DNA from: Epiperipatus broadwayi
Lineage: Eukaryota > Animalia > Onychophora
Direction: 5' to 3'
Length of the DNA stretch: 64,000 nucleotides
Assembly: GCA_028023455.1 (NCBI GenBank)
Contig: JAQFVV010000006.1
Span: 8,370,001-8,434,000 of the forward strand
The notes under the pieces are model-generated. The model searched no databases and had not been told where the DNA came from. It saw only the letters and a program-made list of their open reading frames with translations. A program made the position numbers and the translations under genes. Positions 52,721 through 63,499 of this stretch are shown here, in pieces (position 1 is the stretch's first letter; each line of letters starts with the position of its first letter).

Positions 52721-52778
52721 GACAGAATAGCTCAGTTGGTAGAGCGTTTGCTTAAATTCGATATACAAGAATCTAAAG
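52721..52778 (+). ncRNA. tRNA-like head (5' half, intron-position insert, start of 3' half)
   Basis: GACAGAATAGCTCAGTTGGTAGAGCG has a perfect D-stem GCTC/GAGC and A box; then TTTG CTTAAA [TTCGATATACAAGA] ATCTAAAG. The B-box-like GCGAGTTCAAC survives on the minus arm (52680-52692). Confidence 0.6.
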
Positions 52779-53089
52779 GTGGATAATAATACTACTTGAA
52801 ACGTTGTGTAATTACTAACCTGTATTGTCTATTTGTGTGTTATTACTAACAAGTTGTTTGTATTTGGAAAGTTTAAATAAAGTTTAAAATTTTCAGTAGC
52901 AAGAACTCTTGTAATAACATTTGCTTTAGAGTTCTAGTCTGGGGTAGAAACAAATACTTTTTAGATAGCTACCCCTAATCACAATCCAGATACCTCTCCA
53001 AAATTGATTAATATTATTGCAGCTTAATCTACAAGTATCAAATTCCTTGTACTCACACATTTGACAACATGCATTTTAGATAAATACAT

Positions 53090-53680
53090 TAATGATTATT
53101 CTTAACATATTTATTAAGCTAAAGCTTCTCTTCTCTACACGGCTACAGCACTTTTTCTTATTTCACTCATCCATCTCACATGTTGTCTATTTGTAAGCAT
53201 TTTACAATCTCTTGGAATCCAGTTTAAGACTTTAACTGTTATCTATTATCATCCCTTCTAAAAATATGTCAATTCCAGCTTCATTTCAGTCTTTTTAACT
53301 CTTTTAATGATATCACTAATATCTATGTTCTCTCATCACTAATATACATCTCTGCATATCTTATTGAGTGGTTAGAAGTCTCTGTGTTGATATGTCCAAG
53401 TTCCAGAGCTATAAGTAAGGACTGGTAAAACACATTTATTAAATACCTTCCTTTTCAAACACATAGAAATATTTCCTTTTAATATCGTCAATTCTATCTT
53501 TTCATCCATGTTTAATTCTATTAATTAATTTCATTCATTATGTTTCTATCTGCATCAATATTGTGATCAAAGTAACTGTAGTTATGAACTTTTTTCTAAT
53601 TCATCATTATCAATCTTTTTTTTTTTCTTCGTTTGGAAAAATCCATTGAACATTACTTTAATCTTGTAGTGAAAGTGAAG
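53090..53680 (-). mobile_element. RTE-clade LINE 3' fragment
   Basis: IDNDELEKVHNY, ILKGNISMCLKRKVFNKCVLPVLTYSSGTW, LNWIPRDCK. Confidence 0.8.
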
Positions 53681-54892
53681 TTTTCAATATATTGTTTAAT
53701 CTAAATATTCTTAGGTGAAGCGATAAAATCAAGAAGGAAAACCACAAAACCCATAACAGATGGAGGTTGATTATACTGATCAAATAATATTTAGTCCTCC
53801 AATATTCCTAAATACTTGCAAAAAGACCTAAAAGTAATGGCTTAAAGTGGCACACAAACACTATTATTTTACTTTTACAAAAGTTACAATCCGATTTAAA
53901 GCATGATCTACATAAGTAGAGAACTCAAATTACTAGCATTCATTTTCCAATATTTTTCCATTATATCCACTCATGGTACATAATAATATTCATTTGTTGG
54001 GCATCAACATCCATAATAATCATTATTAGCACAATTTTTTTTCCAAACTCTTATTTTTATTTTTAGTCTGCAACAGTATGTAATTTTCTTATTGTTTATG
54101 TTTCAACTATATTTTATGGTCATCATCAAGGTTTTTTTTTTTTTAACTGCAAAAGTACTTAAAGTTACTAGATAGTATTTTATTATGCAGTATATTCTAA
54201 GTTGGGATTTTCCAAAAAAAAATCCTTTTGCAAGTACAAAAAAAAAGCTTTTGACAATGATCATAAAATATTATTAAAAAGCAGGGAATAAGAAAATTAT
54301 ATGATAAAAATAAGATTTGCACAGAAAAGAATGTGTATTATAATGTTTATTGGAATATATAGACTGTAGCAAGTTTAAAAAAGAAAAATAAGGAAACGAC
54401 TAGTTTGAAGAATATTTAAATAACATCTAAAATATTCCCAATTGAGAAAGGCTGATTTTTGAAAACATAAAATTTCATTTTAAAAAAATCAGTTTCTCTC
54501 ATCATATCAGAAGATTTTGTTAAAAGAAAGTTTTTTTTTTTTTCAATTCTCAACAGTAAAAAAAAGTGCTTCCAAAGTTACAAAATTCACTTCAAAAAAT
54601 CTTTGCAAAAGCTTTCTGGAACAGTGATAACATATTCAAAACTAATTACACAAAATCATTATTGATAAATAATTTATGGATATATATTGGATACGTTTGT
54701 TAGATAGTAATTATGGGTTCTTCCAATATCAGCTTTGGACAACTCTGCACAAAAGAACCCAAGAAGAAGATACACCAGACTCACATCCATAAAGATATTT
54801 TGTAACATGAATTTAAATATGGCAGCACCTACTCTACTTTTGAAAAAAAAAATGATTACATTCTCTCCTTCTCTGAATATTTGGATACAATC

Positions 54893-55333
54893 TTTTGCAT
54901 GCAGTTTAGCACAATTGGTAGAGTGTCTGACTTGAAATTGAGAGATCCCAGAATAAATTCTGGTGCTCGAACTTCTTATGAACTACAAGCAATAAAGTCA
55001 TCAGCATTTTTGTCCTGCATAGTTTGGAGCCTCGGGAAGTCCCAGGATTGATTCTGGTGCTTGAACTACTTATGAACTCCCGAGCACTAATGCCTTCAGT
55101 CTTTTTTACCCTGCATGATTGGCACAGTTAGTAAGATCTGATTTTGGAGGTCCCAGGATTGATTCTGGTGCATGAACTACTTACGAACTCCCGAGCACCA
55201 ATGCCTTCAGTCTTTTTTATCCTGCATGATTGGCACAGTTGGTAAGGTCTGATTTTGGAGGTCCTAGGATTGATTCTGGTGCTCGCAATTCTCGTGCTCG
55301 AACTACTTATGAACTTCTGAGCAATAGAACCAT
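54893..55333 (+). repeat. Head-to-tail array of 4 tRNA-derived family B units
   Basis: Unit starts (TGCAT) at 54896, 55016, 55112 and 55223; A-box-like TGGCACAGTTRGTA (deleted in unit 2), T-arm-like CCAGGATTGATTCTGG, stem GTGCTCG/CGAGCAC, T5-T6 run ending units 1-3. Confidence 0.85.
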
Positions 55334-55914
55334 AAGTGTTATTTATATATATATCTTTAGATAGATTTATGTTCTTCCACCAACAATTTTGGCCATCTGT
55401 ATTTAAAAAATTGATCAAGAAATTATAATTTAAGTGAATAACAGAGCCGTATCCACAAAAATGCTTTATAAACCTGAATTTAAATAAAGAAGCATCTGCT
55501 CTGTTTCACTGACAATCCTTATATTGCTGTTCATTTAAAATTTTCTCTAAAAAGACAAAAATGAATAACATAACTAATATGGAGATTGGTTAATAGTAAA
55601 AAGATATAGCAAAATAGTCTTTAATTAGTCCACTATAGTGAAATTAATATTTTAATTGCCTTCCAAAGAGAAATAATGATGGCATAGAAACTACTTAACA
55701 GGTTAGCCAACTTTTAGATGGCATAGTTTAAGATTTCCTGCCTTATTTTATCCTATACTTATGAAGACCAAGACATATTTGGTCACCGACCAATACTAAA
55801 TGATTATTTAACTTGGCCATCAGCTGGATATCTGAAGAAAAATCCTGATACCTTGACTGAAAATGCAAAAAAATGTCATTTCATCTATCTGAGATTTGAA
55901 TTGAGATGAAGAGT

Positions 55915-56245
55915 ATGACAGAGGCAAGACTGCCACCCAGTGCAAGCCAAAATAATCAATGGATGCAAGAAGGTTTGTGTATAAAATCCCTATCTAGTGC
56001 CTACTCATCTAATATCCCCAGACTAGTTTCAAGCTTGTGGTTTTCATCAGTAATGAATCTAGGATCTAAAAGCACTGCACCTAGATCTGGGGATATTGGA
56101 TGAGTATAAGCATTAGATAGGGATTTTTATGCACAAACCCTCTTGCATCCATTGATTACTCTGGCTTGCACTGGGTGGCACTACTGCATGGAGAGTTTTG
56201 CCTCTGTTTAACAGCTTGTGTAAGCATAGGAAATGGTGATCATGT
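55915..56245. mobile_element. Foldback MITE, family A copy 2
   Basis: Same arm sequence as 8762-9187 (CAGTGCAAGCCA...AATCAATGGATGCAAGAAGGTTTGTG) with a different centre. Confidence 0.8.
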
Positions 56246-57139
56246 GAAGAGCATAACTGGTGGATATGCAACTACTGCACTATATCTTTTTAGAAAACAA
56301 TACTGTGAGCACGTTTGCTTCGTACGATCAAGATGTTATTTTATACAATTTGTATTATACATATTTAATCTAATTATGGCTGTTGTTACACTTTAGTATG
56401 AACTTACAATGCAGTAGGTGTTTATATGAAGTACAATATATATATATTGTAAACTAATTTTTAAAGAAATGCGAAATATATATATATATAAAATCCAATA
56501 TTTCTACCAGACTTTTTTGTCCTTATTTTATATTTTAGAAAGCGATTTTTGCTGAAATATTGACTTTTTTTTTAAAGGGTTTTAAGCAAGGTTTTATTTA
56601 AATCTCTTTTAAAAAAAAAAAAAAGATTTACTAAGTTTAATACATAAACTACTAAAAAATTCCTTATTAATAAGAGTAGTTATAATAAAATGAAAACGCT
56701 TACTAGAGTTCTGTTTTCCTACACTTGCAAGCAAAACCAGATTTGCCTCATTCATGTCTCTAGGCAGATATTTTATTGCACACACACACCCCACTGTTTT
56801 TTTTTTAAATTATTAAGTGGATAGGGAAAAAAAATTAGAAAACAAATGAGTAGGTATGTTTACTAACATTTCACATCAAATGATGTTTTAACTTGTAGCA
56901 GTATTATATAAATAAAAGAAGTTCTATCTATACTCTAGTGCCATCTATTTATGTGCATTTTCTCATAATCATTAATTACTCGAGCATATGATGAAACTAA
57001 AACCGATAATCGTCTTTGTTCATATAATAGGTATATTTATATTATTACAAACTATTTATAATATAAAATTGCAGTTTCTCTCAGTTTAAAAAAAAGCATT
57101 AGTCAATCGTCATCATTTTTTGCAACCATGATGAATTCA

Positions 57140-57720
57140 CTGCAGGATGATCTCTCCAAGTTCAATCCATCTTCTCCAATCTCTAACATTTCTTCTCCAC
57201 ATCACACCAGTACACATTCCTATTTCATCCATCCATCTCACATGCGGTCTTTTGCAATCTATTGAAATCCAGTTTAAGATTTCAACTGCCCATCTATTAT
57301 TATTTCTAACAATATATCTAATCCAACTCTACCTCAATCTTTTAATTCTTTCAATAATGTCAGGAACACCTGTTTACTCTCTCATCCACATATTTTGTTT
57401 TCAACCCCTTCTTGTTCTTTGAAGTCTCAGTCTTGTTTTTTGGTTAAGTGTCCAAGTCCCAGAGCCATAAGAAAGAACTAGTAAAAAGATTAATCAAATA
57501 CCTTCATTTTCAAAGACATAGGCGTATTTCCTTTTAATATTAAGTTGTTTCTATCAAAAGCCCTCCAACCAAGATTCAATTCTATGATTAATTTCATCCA
57601 TTATGTTTCCATCTGTAGTAATAATCTGACCAAAATATTCATAGTCAACATCCAAGGTAAAGTGGTGCCTGTGAAATTTTTAAGCAGCTGTGCATTATTA
57701 CAGCATCATCACCAAAATGT
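57140..57720 (-). mobile_element. RTE-clade LINE 3' fragment
   Basis: YEYFGQII..DEINHRIE, LILKGNTPMSLKMKVFD, SYGSGTWTL, DIIERIKRL, RWAVEILNWISIDCKRPHVRWMDEI. Confidence 0.85.
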
Positions 57721-58512
57721 AAGCAAGAAAACAAAATAGAGTATTTCTAATTTCACAACTACGAAACCATTTTATTGTTCCATACCAATATCATTGTTAA
57801 AAGATCTGAACTGTCTCTGTGTGTACAGGATCCACATGAATGTAAAAATAAAGGTTATTATTTAATGATTAAATACATGCAGATGGTAGATGAATAAAAT
57901 ACTTCACTATTACACTATTCTAGAAAACCTACATACCCTATACATTTAAATGTACATTAAACATCAATTATGTTAATGAGAAATAATTATGCAAAAATGG
58001 ACTTTTATATATATAAAGCCACTAAATATTATTCATTTGTGTATGTGAAGAAGTGTAATAATTGTGAATACAGTTCGCATACTGTGGATATGGTAATGCC
58101 AGAAAATTAGAATTGTCATGCATAACATATGTATATATAATTCTGTTATATCCAAAATGGTACATGAAGAACTTTCTTCATTTAAGATGCAATGCATGGT
58201 TATAATTATCTACTGTGATGTGTGCAGAAATTAACACACATAAGCAGAAACTTACTTATAAACTTTAAAGATTGCTTATGAAATTCCTGATTGCTATTTA
58301 TTCTTTTATTCCTTTTTCTATTTTATTTGGATTTAATAAATTTGTTTGGTACTTATGTAGTATGCCTGCTGGAAGCTTGATAGCAGTTTTATTTTAAATA
58401 CTCCATTTTCAGGGATTTCCACCACATGATATAAACAATATGACTGAATATCATATTCAATATTTACTCCAAAGGGTTGTAATTAATTTTTTTTTTAATA
58501 GTTAATTTACTA

Positions 58513-59518
58513 CACTGGCTGTAAACTAATCTCAGTGCACTCCCAAACGATATTTTGGAGCCTTCTAACCACATTCTTTTCCGAACATGCCCTTGTGTAT
58601 CTGTTTGCACATAAATTGATATTTCATGCCCATTACCACCTACTTCTCAGGTCAACACTATCTTGTAATTTTGAAAATACTACATTGCATCTTGTTCTAT
58701 TGATAAAAGATTCCAAATTTTAATCATATTTCCAAAAATGAAAACGCAAAAAAGGAATGTTAAAAAAAAAATCACCATATGTTAACGATTGTTAAAAAAA
58801 AAATAACGATAATTTTAACCATATGTTATCTGTTTGCTTTGTGTTAAGTGTTGGTCACATGTTAACGTTTAGACATTGTTATGAATGAAATTTATTAAAA
58901 AGTGTATTCAATTTTTTTTAAAATCACCATTCAATTTAGAATACATTTGTAAATATTTTTTAAAATTAACAAGCTATACATGTTTGAAAAAATAATTTGA
59001 AGGAAAAAAATGTAAACAAATACCTCATACCTGAAAATTGTTTATATTTCTTTTCTAGAACGTATAGCTTGTTAACTTTAAAAAATATTAACAAATATAT
59101 TCTAAATTGAATGTTAATTTTAAAAAATTCGAATACATTTTTTAATAAATTCCATTCATCACATAACAACCAAATGTTAAAATGTGGGAAACACTTAACA
59201 TGAGGCCAACAGATAACACATGGTTAAAATTATTGTTACTTTTTTAAACATTCGTTAATATATATATATTTTTAAAATTGCTTCTTTGCCATATCATTTT
59301 TAGAAATATGATTAAAATTTGGAATCTTTCATCGACAGAAGAAGATGCAGTGGAATATTCTCAAAATTACAGGATAGACCCCATCTGAAAAATGTGTGAT
59401 AATAGGTCTGATATGACACTTTATGTGTGATGGAGATGCAATGGCATGTTTGGAAAATAATATAGTTGGAAGACTCCAAAATATTTGTAAATGCATTAAG
59501 ATTAGTTTACAGCTGGTA
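58513..59518. mobile_element. About 1-kb foldback element with TA flanks (Tc1/mariner-type MITE)
   Basis: TA|CACTGGCTGTAAACTAATC vs reverse complement TA|TACCAGCTGTAAACTAATC; arms pair along about 470 bp each (e.g. AAAGATTCCAAATTTTAATCATATTTC). Confidence 0.85.
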
Positions 59519-59640
59519 TAGTGAATTTATATATAATCCTTATAAACACTTCTCTCTTTTTTCTGCTATTATTATAAACAATATTGCAATTCTCAAAATC
59601 CTTCCTACACTTTTCAGCAAAAATTTTTTTATTAAATATT

Positions 59641-59685
59641 AAATATTACATTTTCGACTGTACCTTGCAGTCTTCATCAGATCTA
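59641..59685 (-). ncRNA. Hammerhead motif, left-arm copy with GAAAC>GAAAA change
   Basis: Reverse complement CUGAUGAAGACUGCAAGGUACAGUCGAAAAUGUA. Confidence 0.5.
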
Positions 59686-59794
59686 CAAAAAAATTACATT
59701 TAAACAATACAACCATTACATAATACAATTAATATTTCTATACAATTATTGTATTATGTAATGATTGTATTGTTATATGTATTTAAATTTTTTG

Positions 59795-59840
59795 TAGATC
59801 TGATGAAGACTGCAAGGTACAGTCGAAACTGTAATATTTA
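59795..59840 (+). ncRNA. Minimal type I hammerhead ribozyme motif (right arm)
   Basis: CUGAUGA A GACUG CAAGGUA CAGUC GAAAC U GUA: canonical core, 5-bp stem II, GUA cut site; stem I imperfect (UAGAU vs AUAUU). Confidence 0.7.
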
Positions 59841-61239
59841 ATATTTAATAAAAAAAATTTTGCTGAAAAGTGTAAGAAGGATTTTGGGAATTGCAATATA
59901 AAGAATTTACAATATTTTTTTTTTAAAATTACAATCCTTTAGACTTTTGAGTTTCCTTTATTGATCAATTTTAATAAATAAATAAATAAGTCAATATTGA
60001 ATACAGTACTCAGCCATATTGTTCATACCATGTGTTAGAAGCCATGAAAATGGACTATTTAAAATAAAACAGCTGGCAAGCTTCTGGCAGGAATACTCCA
60101 TAAGCACCATTTGTTTTGTTATTTCAAACTGTACTGGGTTTATTTAAACTTGCCATAATATTCTCTGGATATAGGAAGCTCTAATGTATTTTTTGTTTTT
60201 ACTAGCTGCTTTTTGTTTAATAATAATATCTGGAGTAAATCAATCTTTACTTTTTTATTTCAATTTTTTCATATATGGTCAATTGGAAAAATGCAATTAT
60301 ATATATATTCAACAAACACTCATCATAATCAATATTTAAAATAATATTTATTTTATTACTTTGTTATATTTTTTATAATAAATACTTATGTGTTAATTTA
60401 TAAATGTTAACTACAAAAAAAAACCAGAATATTTTATTGCTCACCCTAAATAAAAACAGTAAAAATTTATTCACTTCAAAAAGAAATCCACACTCAAATA
60501 CCTATTGACGCTGCCACAGCAAGCAGCTACAATTGCACTAGTTTTGTGAATTGATAAGCACAAACAAATCTCATGGAACATGCCAAAATTCACGAATATG
60601 GAGTTTCTGACACTATTATAATTAGCAATTAGCAGCATCTTTGAACAGAATTTCAAGCATCCCTTAAAGTAATTCTTTATAAAAATGATTTAATTAATTG
60701 TATTTACATAAAAATTATGCAAAATATCAAATGACTGTTATATTATTGTCTTGTTTCAAGCACAAATTTAATAATTAATTTTTGAATTATGGGGGGAAGG
60801 ACATGCTCGCAGTGCTCATAAACCTGCAGCATTTTAGTGATGCTAGTTTTTGAATTTCATGATATTGATAAAGCAAAATTGAACAGTAAAAATAAAATTG
60901 AAGATTTATGGAACTTGAAGTGCTCCATTTTGATCAGCACTCCTAAACACCCACACTAAATTCATCTGTGCTTAGATCCAGCCCCGTGTGTCAACGTTAA
61001 TAGATTTAAACCTAGACAACAATTTCAATTTTTACGTTAGTACCTGAATAAGCTTTGTTAATAAGCTTTGTTGATAAATTATTATTTAGAGCTAATCATC
61101 AACTTTTTAAATATAGTATACTTTCACATGCAATTCTTACTTTCCAAAATAAATAATATAATTGAGTAACAACCATTCCCTCTCCCTCGATATTTTTTTC
61201 CCACAAACAAGAAGTAGAAGACATTAGTAGTCTGTCATG

Positions 61240-61560
61240 AAGTCAATCTGCACTTTTCCGAAATCTTTTGCCAATGGTGTAGTGAATTCAATAATATTAA
61301 AAAAGTCAAAAGTTGTGAAACTAATTGAACATTACCATGAGTGGTGGGACAGTTGTCCTAGAATAAATATGAAAAAAGTGATTATACAGAAAGTGATTTA
61401 TTGGTTTTTATGCTGGGTTTGGGAAAAGATAAGAAGGATTTAGATATAAAGGCCATAGAGTTGACAAAGATTATGTTGTGGAAATGGGATGGAGCAGAAT
61501 ATGGGAAAACTTAGAGTGGTGAATGGAAAATTAAGTGGCTAACAGGTTTATCTGGGCATA
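61240..61560 (+). mobile_element. Possible L1/Tx1-type 3' remnant
   Basis: IEHYHEWWDSCPRI (cf. EHLFWxCP), then MLGLG...IELTKIMLWK (cf. LFG...LAK..IWK). Confidence 0.35.
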
Positions 61561-62664
61561 ATGGCTCAGATATTCTTGACTTCGTTTAAGGAGAAGCCAC
61601 AGTACATCTCATCACATCATATAATCTTTGAAAGAAGTTTCATGGTGAAGGGTTATACATACACTCAGTGGCTAGCATCTCACAATCTGTGTTCACTTTA
61701 CTCTGCTTCGTAAACATTAGAGCGATATTAAGCCCAGTTCCAATGTGTGTGTGTATATATATAAGCATCGAGAAAGTCTTCAAAGTAAGTTGAGTTTTCT
61801 ATGTATTGCTTATTTTTATAATTAGTTTAAGCTTTAAATTAACTTTATTTACTGTACCGACATATAAATTTTAAGTAATAGCAACTATATTAATTACAAA
61901 CATTTTGTCATTATGAATGGTACAATTTATGGCAATTGACGGCCAAAGTAGTATGCAAATGAAGGCAGGTTCCTATTCTAACCGATAAACTAGCGACCCA
62001 TTTACTAACAGACTAATGAATTACTTAACTACCTACAGCGGAACTGTAATTTGATTTTTTATTATTTTTCAATAAACTTTCTTCTTGACCAGTTCATATG
62101 CAATAATCTACTTTTTTTTTAAAAAAAAAATAAAACATACTGTGTGCGATTTTTTTGTTAATTTAAGAATGAAAAAAAATATTAACTTATTTTTTATTAA
62201 TTACAATTCTATCACTGATTACTGAAACATATGATCAAAGTCATATGAAAAAATTAATGATCCCATGTATCTATGATCTGAGAGGTTGATCTGACTTCTG
62301 AGTTGATGGACGGTGGTGATTGGATTGCAAGCATGATATAACTCATTGGAAGCTTCAGCTATTTCCTATTAAGTTATTGCATATGCTGTATATGAATACT
62401 ATAGTTTTATTTGAATAACCAAACTGGGAAGTTCTTTTATTTTATTATCAGCTGACAATCAGTCAAACATGTCAACTTTAGGTTGTAGCGGTCTGCATTA
62501 AGAATTTATTAACAATAATCATATAATCAAAAATTATGAATATTTTAGCATAGTATTTTTTACCTTATTTTACAATTTGTACTATTTTGCAACCTTCTTA
62601 CTTAAAATACTTTGTCATTATGCCTTAATATTACTAAAATATGCATTGCACCATATGCATATAC

Positions 62665-62900
62665 GGATAAAGTGGGATTTCCGGAGTTCAAGTTCCATGG
62701 ATCGCACCTCCGATAGTCACTTCCAGTACTCGCGCTTCTTATGAATTCCTGAGTAAACAAACCGTTTGATTAATCGTTCTGTAAAATTTAGACCAATGGT
62801 GGTGTGGAAGCCCCTTTGAAGTTCAAAGTCCATAGATCACGTCCTACTTGGTTGCTTCCGGTGCTGGAAGTTCTTTTACACTCCCGGTCATTAATGAAAC
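62665..62900 (+). repeat. Two diverged tandem units related to family B
   Basis: GGAGTTCAAGTTCCATGGATC...CTTCTTATGAATTCCTGAG and GAAGTTCAAAGTCCATAGATC...CCGGTGCTGGAAGTTCTTTTACACTCCCGG, about 130 bp apart. Confidence 0.45.
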
Positions 62901-63499
62901 ATTCGTTTTTTTTTTTTATTTTAGAAGGATAAACGCGTGACTGATAATATTTCAGGATCCATTAGTGACAGACATAAATACTATTTACAAAAAAATACGA
63001 ACATTAGAATATCCTATATAATATTTGCGTATTACAATTTCATTGATATTATTCTATTTATCTTTCTTATCGAAAATTATTTATCGTTCCCATTACGTTA
63101 CTGAAATATGCCAGAAATTAATTCATTGTGAAATTATGGTATAAAAATAGATTTCAGATTTCCTTTCTCTATTTTATTTTATTTTTTTAAAAAGAATGAC
63201 ACAAAAGCAATTTCTCTTCTTGTTAAATAAAATTAGAAATAGTGACAAATACAATTAAACTGTGTCGCACTGATAGGGAGAGGAAATAACTTTTTTCTTT
63301 TTACAGTTAAAAAAAAAAAAATCTAAATAATACTGTTTTTATAATTATTGAATGACACGGAATGAAACGCAAAATGAATATACCATCATTACTTTGTACC
63401 ATTACGAAATAGTCTTTAAATAACCCACTGCATGGCAAAGGCTTCTTCAACACCAATCACCCCCCCCCACCCCAAAATAGAAGAACAGTGACAACAACA

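Larger units (their letters stand above)
52462..52893. mobile_element. Foldback retro-insertion: tRNA-like head + hammerhead + tail, with 12-bp TSD
   Basis: Outer arms 52514-52628 / 52779-52893 near-perfect; inner arms 52694-52721 / 52751-52778 perfect 28 bp; direct repeat CAGTAGCAAGAA at 52450-52461 and 52894-52905. Confidence 0.85.
59581..59899. repeat. Near-perfect palindrome of about 320 bp (inverted PLE-pLTR-like arms)
   Basis: Arms 59581-59730 / 59749-59899 with few mismatches; spacer about 18 nt. Confidence 0.95.

Noticed and set aside
55016-55333. HDV-like ribozyme in family B units (stem followed by CTAAT)
   Set aside because: There is no P1 3' strand or P1.1 between the CCAG/CTGG hairpin and the downstream stem; the hairpin is better explained as a tRNA T-arm.
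55830-55870. Hammerhead CTGAAGA...GACTGAAAATGC
   Set aside because: Stems do not pair convincingly and the GAAAC-NUH part is absent.
60471-60665. Minus-strand exon (ORF 60471..60656) with AG/GTATTT ends
   Set aside because: Weak splice sites, no recognisable homology, and no supporting neighbouring exons.
309-61443. Short ORFs of the supplied track as real genes
   Set aside because: All are under about 105 aa, many start at non-ATG codons, and composition is typical of AT-rich non-coding DNA; the informative ones are transposon fragments.
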